A program made the position numbers and the translations under genes. The notes under the pieces are model-generated. The model was not told where the DNA came from. It searched no databases and saw only the letters and a list, made by a program, of their open reading frames with translations. A stretch of DNA of 64,000 bases from Balanoglossus misakiensis (lineage: Eukaryota; Animalia; Hemichordata): contig CM082595.2 of the NCBI GenBank assembly GCA_040954595.2, positions 2,961,943-3,025,942 on the forward strand. The letters are read 5' to 3'. The first letter of the stretch is position 1, and every line of letters begins with the position of its first letter. Of this stretch, positions 60,101 through 64,000 are shown piece by piece.

Positions 60101-63100
60101 TGTTGTTCGACTGAGTGTCGTTTTTCTGTCGGACTTTGTAAACAGATCTGTAGTACTCTCTCCTGGCAGCCGGGCTGTTATATTTTGTTTCAGTGGTATC
60201 TCCAGAAGTGGAGTCTTTATCACCTGGAAGTGAGCTTTTTCTCTCAAGTTTTCCTTTGTTGTTATCGCTCGCTTGGAAAGCTTTTGCGAGCAGCACCCGG
60301 GTGAGTTGTGATGATTCTTGTCTTTGATTCGGCGACTCCACTTTCTGGGGGGACAATTCCGGTGGACTTGGAGAATGCTTCCGTCTCATCCCCATGTCTG
60401 TGTCCCTTTCTAACACGGAATGCTCAAACGAAGAACTCAACGCGCTGGAGTAACTTCCCTCGGCGTTATGACCTTTGGCACTGCTGTTGTACGTGTCGTG
60501 GACATTGGGGGCGCTGTTCGGTATCTGGCCGTTCGGGGACAGCGACGGCGGCTTCGTGCGATCGTCGTGTTTCTCCGACGGCGACATTTCCATGTCCCTG
60601 TGCAGCGTCTCGGATATCCTGGTCTGTGGATGCAAAGAAGGCATAGTCCTGATCACCCCTAAACTGGGGATGGAATAGTCCTTTGCGGCAGCTTTAGTCC
60701 TGAATTTCGACGGCGAATCCAGATCGGAGAACTGATAACCGGACTCCTGGTCGGGTTCGTAAATTTTGGCACTTTGTTCCAAACGCGCTAAATCCTGGTC
60801 AAAGATACTGGTCCTGAGTTTCCGGGGCTTGGCAAGGTCTTTCACTTCTTCCTCCGACTCGCTGGGTTGTGTCTCCGACGCGCTCGATATCTGCTCAGAG
60901 TCCAAGCTCGACTTCTTCTTGATTCTGCCGATTTTCTTCCTCTCTACAAGTTCAATCGTTGGTATCACAGGCATTGTATTCACATTCGTGGACATTGGAG
61001 GCTGCGATGGCGGGGCGTGTATTGGAGGAACGACAGCTGCGGTTACTACAGTAGCTTCACTAGCATGTTCTGATGACGATTCTGATATCCGACGCAGTGA
61101 TGGCATGCCATCATCATCCTTCGCCTTCGCCTCATCTGCCTTGACTTCCCCAGCTTTTCTGTCTTTCTCGTTCGCCAGCCCCTCATCCTCAGTTTTGTCT
61201 AGTCTATTCTGCTCCAGTTGTCCGAGCTCTTCTTTCACTTTGCTTATCAGCTCCCAGTCGTTCAAGTGTGATGTGTCATGTTTTACACTCTTGTATGACA
61301 CAGGCCTTTGTTCAGTCAACTCTGGGGGATTCGCTTTCTTAGAAGTCCTGAGTGGCTCGTAAACCTTGAGTGAATTGGACGACGAATTTGACAATCTCTT
61401 GATGTGGTGTGCCTCTACCGAGGAAATCTGAGGGTCGACTTTGATCTTGCTTGGTACGTTTTCCGCCGATAATTTCTGCAGTTTCCAAGTGAGGTGTGGA
61501 CTTCCAATTTTTCCTGAACTGATTTCTGTACTCACAGGTGGTGGTCCAGGTGGCCCCAATGGTTCAACGGTCACCTTCTCTTCCTTCGGCGTTACAGTAC
61601 TTTTGTTGTCCCCAGATTCATTTTCCACGGATGCCTGTTTCAAGTGTTCCTTTCTGTCTTTCAGCTCCTCTTTCGGACTTGGAAGCTCGTCGCTGACCTG
61701 TCTCATACGGTATGTCCTCTTCACAACGCCCTCGTCGTTATTAGGCACAGACGGATCCGACGTTCCCCTCTTCCTCTTATGCGAGAACTCCGGAAAAGTG
61801 TTAATCTTGTTGTCGTTCGACAACGGGGATGTTATCGTCTGGCTTTCCCGTTTCGATTCTTCTTCCCGCCGCATTTCCTCGTTCTTCTGCTTTTCCTGCT
61901 GCTGCTGCAACTTCCTGGCCTGCTCCATCTGCTTCCGGTAGCTCAGACTGGTGTCAATGTACCCTTTCTCCTCTGGCAGTTTGGGTTCGGCTTTGACCCT
62001 TGACCTCTGACGCCCACTCTCCCCCCTAACCTTCCCGGGAAAGTCATGGTCATTTGGACTTCCAAGTCCATCGTCCATTTCAAACAAGTGGGTTATTCTC
62101 ACTTTTTCCTGTTGCGAGGCCCGGCTATTACTCTTAGCGTGCTTCTTCTCAACTATCCTTTCCATTGGATTGAACACAGGCAGTTCATTTTCAATCCTTT
62201 TAACAGTGTCCGGTTTTTCAACCGTTTTCTTGGAAATGATCACTGGAATGAATTTACTCTCCGGTACTTTCTTCTCCTCCCGAGGCTCCGGCTCCGCCTT
62301 CACCTCAATTTTCTCTTTCATTTTCACATCCAAAAGTTCAAGTTTTATAGGTTTAAGGTTAATGCTCTTAGGAGTCCTGTCTTTCCTGACTTCACCATTG
62401 TCAGTTTGTTTACTTTTTCTATCCTGTCTCTTGGACGAATCAAGGTCATATTTTTCCACATGTTTCACATCTCTATCCACAAGACTTTCCGGGATTTTAT
62501 CCTCTGCCTTCTTTTCCTCAACTTTCCTTTCCTCGTTATCAACTTTCCTCTTCTTTTTCCATTTTTCCTCTTCCCTGTAACTCCCAACGGTCAGTTTCTC
62601 GTTACTCCGGTCAATCTCATGCTTGACTTTCACCTTTTTCAATTCCGGTTCAAACTCGTGCCTATCCAGCATTTCCAGGTGTTTTCCGTGTTCAAGTCTC
62701 TCAGTCTTAATCAACAGTTTCTCCTCAAGGTGTTGCTGCTTCTTGGCTTTGCCGGTCGACTTCCCTTCCGATTTCTTGGATTTCCCCTTGGGGCTGTTAT
62801 TCCCTTCCTTGCTCCTCGCAGGACTAGCACCGGAATCCACGGAAACCTTTTCAAGTTTTATCTTTGCCTTGGACACTTTCCCGTCTTCTTCGACAGCTTT
62901 CCCTTTCGAGTGCTTCTTGCTCTTCTTCGGTGTATCCTCCTTCGCTGCCAACTTCTCTTTCAATTTCTTGTGCTCTTTCTTCTTCTTGTGTTTCGGTGGT
63001 TCTTGATCGGGGGTGACCGATCGACTTTTCACTTTACTGATGATCACAGGGCTCTCTACGGTGGGCGGTTCCTTCTCTTTGACAGCAGCGACCTTCTTGT

Positions 63101-63800
63101 GTGTCTTCGTCACCTTGCGCTTCACGTGCGGGCTTCCGCTTCGACTGCGCTGCAGGGAATTCAGACTGGGACTCGGCGATCGCCGCTTCATTTCAAGTCG
63201 GTCGTCGCTGACACTTCTTCGGCTTTGACTCATACCCCTGTTGAGGAGGACACAAAGTAAATTAAAAACATGTCACGTGGGGACTCCACAAAAACTGTAT
63301 GCAATCAGACGGATCAAATTCACTAGTGAAACCTGGCTTGCAATAAAGTTCAGTATGAGATCAGCATGTGACTGGCTGTAATGTTTCTAAATCCCATAGA
63401 AACACACACATTAATGAGCAAATTGTATGTGCATTCAACGACTGTTAGTTTCTGTGCCCCCACCTGTTACAAAACATATCTACATCACTACATGCTAGAA
63501 TCACCATCTCCCACGTACCTGTCTCTTTCCCTGTCTCTGCCGGGACTCTGATCCATATGCAACTGTTCCCGTCGTTCTCGCTGCCGGTATCCGTATTCCC
63601 GCAACTCCTGCTCGTAGGAATCCTCAATGTCCCTGTAACTGGCAGCGCTTCCGGTACTGTAGCCTTCCTCGTAGCCTCTCCGACTCCATTCCTCGTAGTC
63701 GTAGTGCTCGTCTCCGTACGCTATTCTCCCGGCGGCCTGGTAGCTGTGATAGGCGGGGTGGTTGTCTCTGTTGTAGTAGCCATAAGCACTGCTACCATCT
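53557..63800 (-). CDS. SPEN: SPEN/SHARP/MINT (split ends, Msx2-interacting protein) ortholog, 3' portion; 5' RRM exons lie beyond the window
   Basis: Exons (minus): 63800-63519, 63237-55044 (8194-nt giant exon, K/E-rich, S-rich and poly-Q), 54714-54511 (RYPVMWWGQLVLKNE..LRIAQRMRLEPSQL), 54013-53855 (LLLALPCGRD..YLQEKHAAGIINV), 53685-53557 (AYVLHIFPPCDF..HLMIVIATV*). The last three exons encode the SPOC domain. Confidence 0.93.
54088..54193. repeat. (CAT)n/(CAC)n microsatellite in SPEN intron
   Basis: Direct observation. Confidence 0.95.
54750..54897. mobile_element. pogo/Tigger-like MITE (family B), degenerate
   Basis: tacagt... cctctatatagtggcca... ggaaagtccctt... gttcgac matches 25489-25631. 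Confidence 0.65.
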
Positions 63801-64000
63801 CTGTGAAGCAAAGAGATATCACACAATCAAAACATGGCCAGTTGCATTTTCATTACATTGTGCAATTTTGCTACAAGATTCTGTAAATTTCACTTTTCCA
63901 GGGATATCTAGGCCTGGTTTTGATATTCCCGGATTTTTTCCTGGTGTGTATAAACTCAGGATCGTTGCATAATTTCCTTACCGTACGTCTCTGTATCTGC

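Noticed and set aside
55027-63260. Many plus-strand ORFs up to 404 aa opposite SPEN, and minus-strand ORFs opposite the CHD E/K-rich exon, LRR and acyltransferase genes
   Set aside because: Antisense shadows of low-complexity or GC-richer coding sequence.

Overview
AT-rich, intron-containing animal DNA. It is clearly an invertebrate; a hemichordate-like deuterostome is my unverified guess. Left to right: (1) two intronless, tail-to-tail paralogous HxxxDG CoA-dependent acyltransferase/condensation-like genes (2110-3528 +, 4336-5889 -); (2) a 37-exon Mi-2/CHD3-4-5 chromatin remodeller (7638-28188 +, about 2134 aa) with a U12-type minor intron, candidate cassette microexons and a C-terminal SUMO-interacting motif whose last codons are duplicated in frame past the stop; (3) a single-exon LRR/mucin-stalk/TM receptor (30962-32602 +); (4) a 12-exon type I receptor with an unusual architecture: signal peptide, furin site, TNFR-like Cys-rich ectodomain, TM, TIR, acidic linker, intracellular Ig-like domain, Death domain (33338-38908 +, about 752 aa); (5) a 9-exon mitochondrial-clan cytochrome P450 (44445-40681 -); (6) a roughly 4.5 kb block of satellites and long hairpins threaded by a candidate spliced lncRNA/micropeptide transcript (about 45.7-50.4 kb); (7) the 3' part of SPEN/SHARP with an 8.2 kb exon and SPOC domain (63800-53557 -). 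Several MITE families (TTAA piggyBac-like, TA/CAGT pogo-like, Kolobok-like) and microsatellites are interspersed. All exon structures were derived by hand from splice sites and reading frame; no database searches were run.
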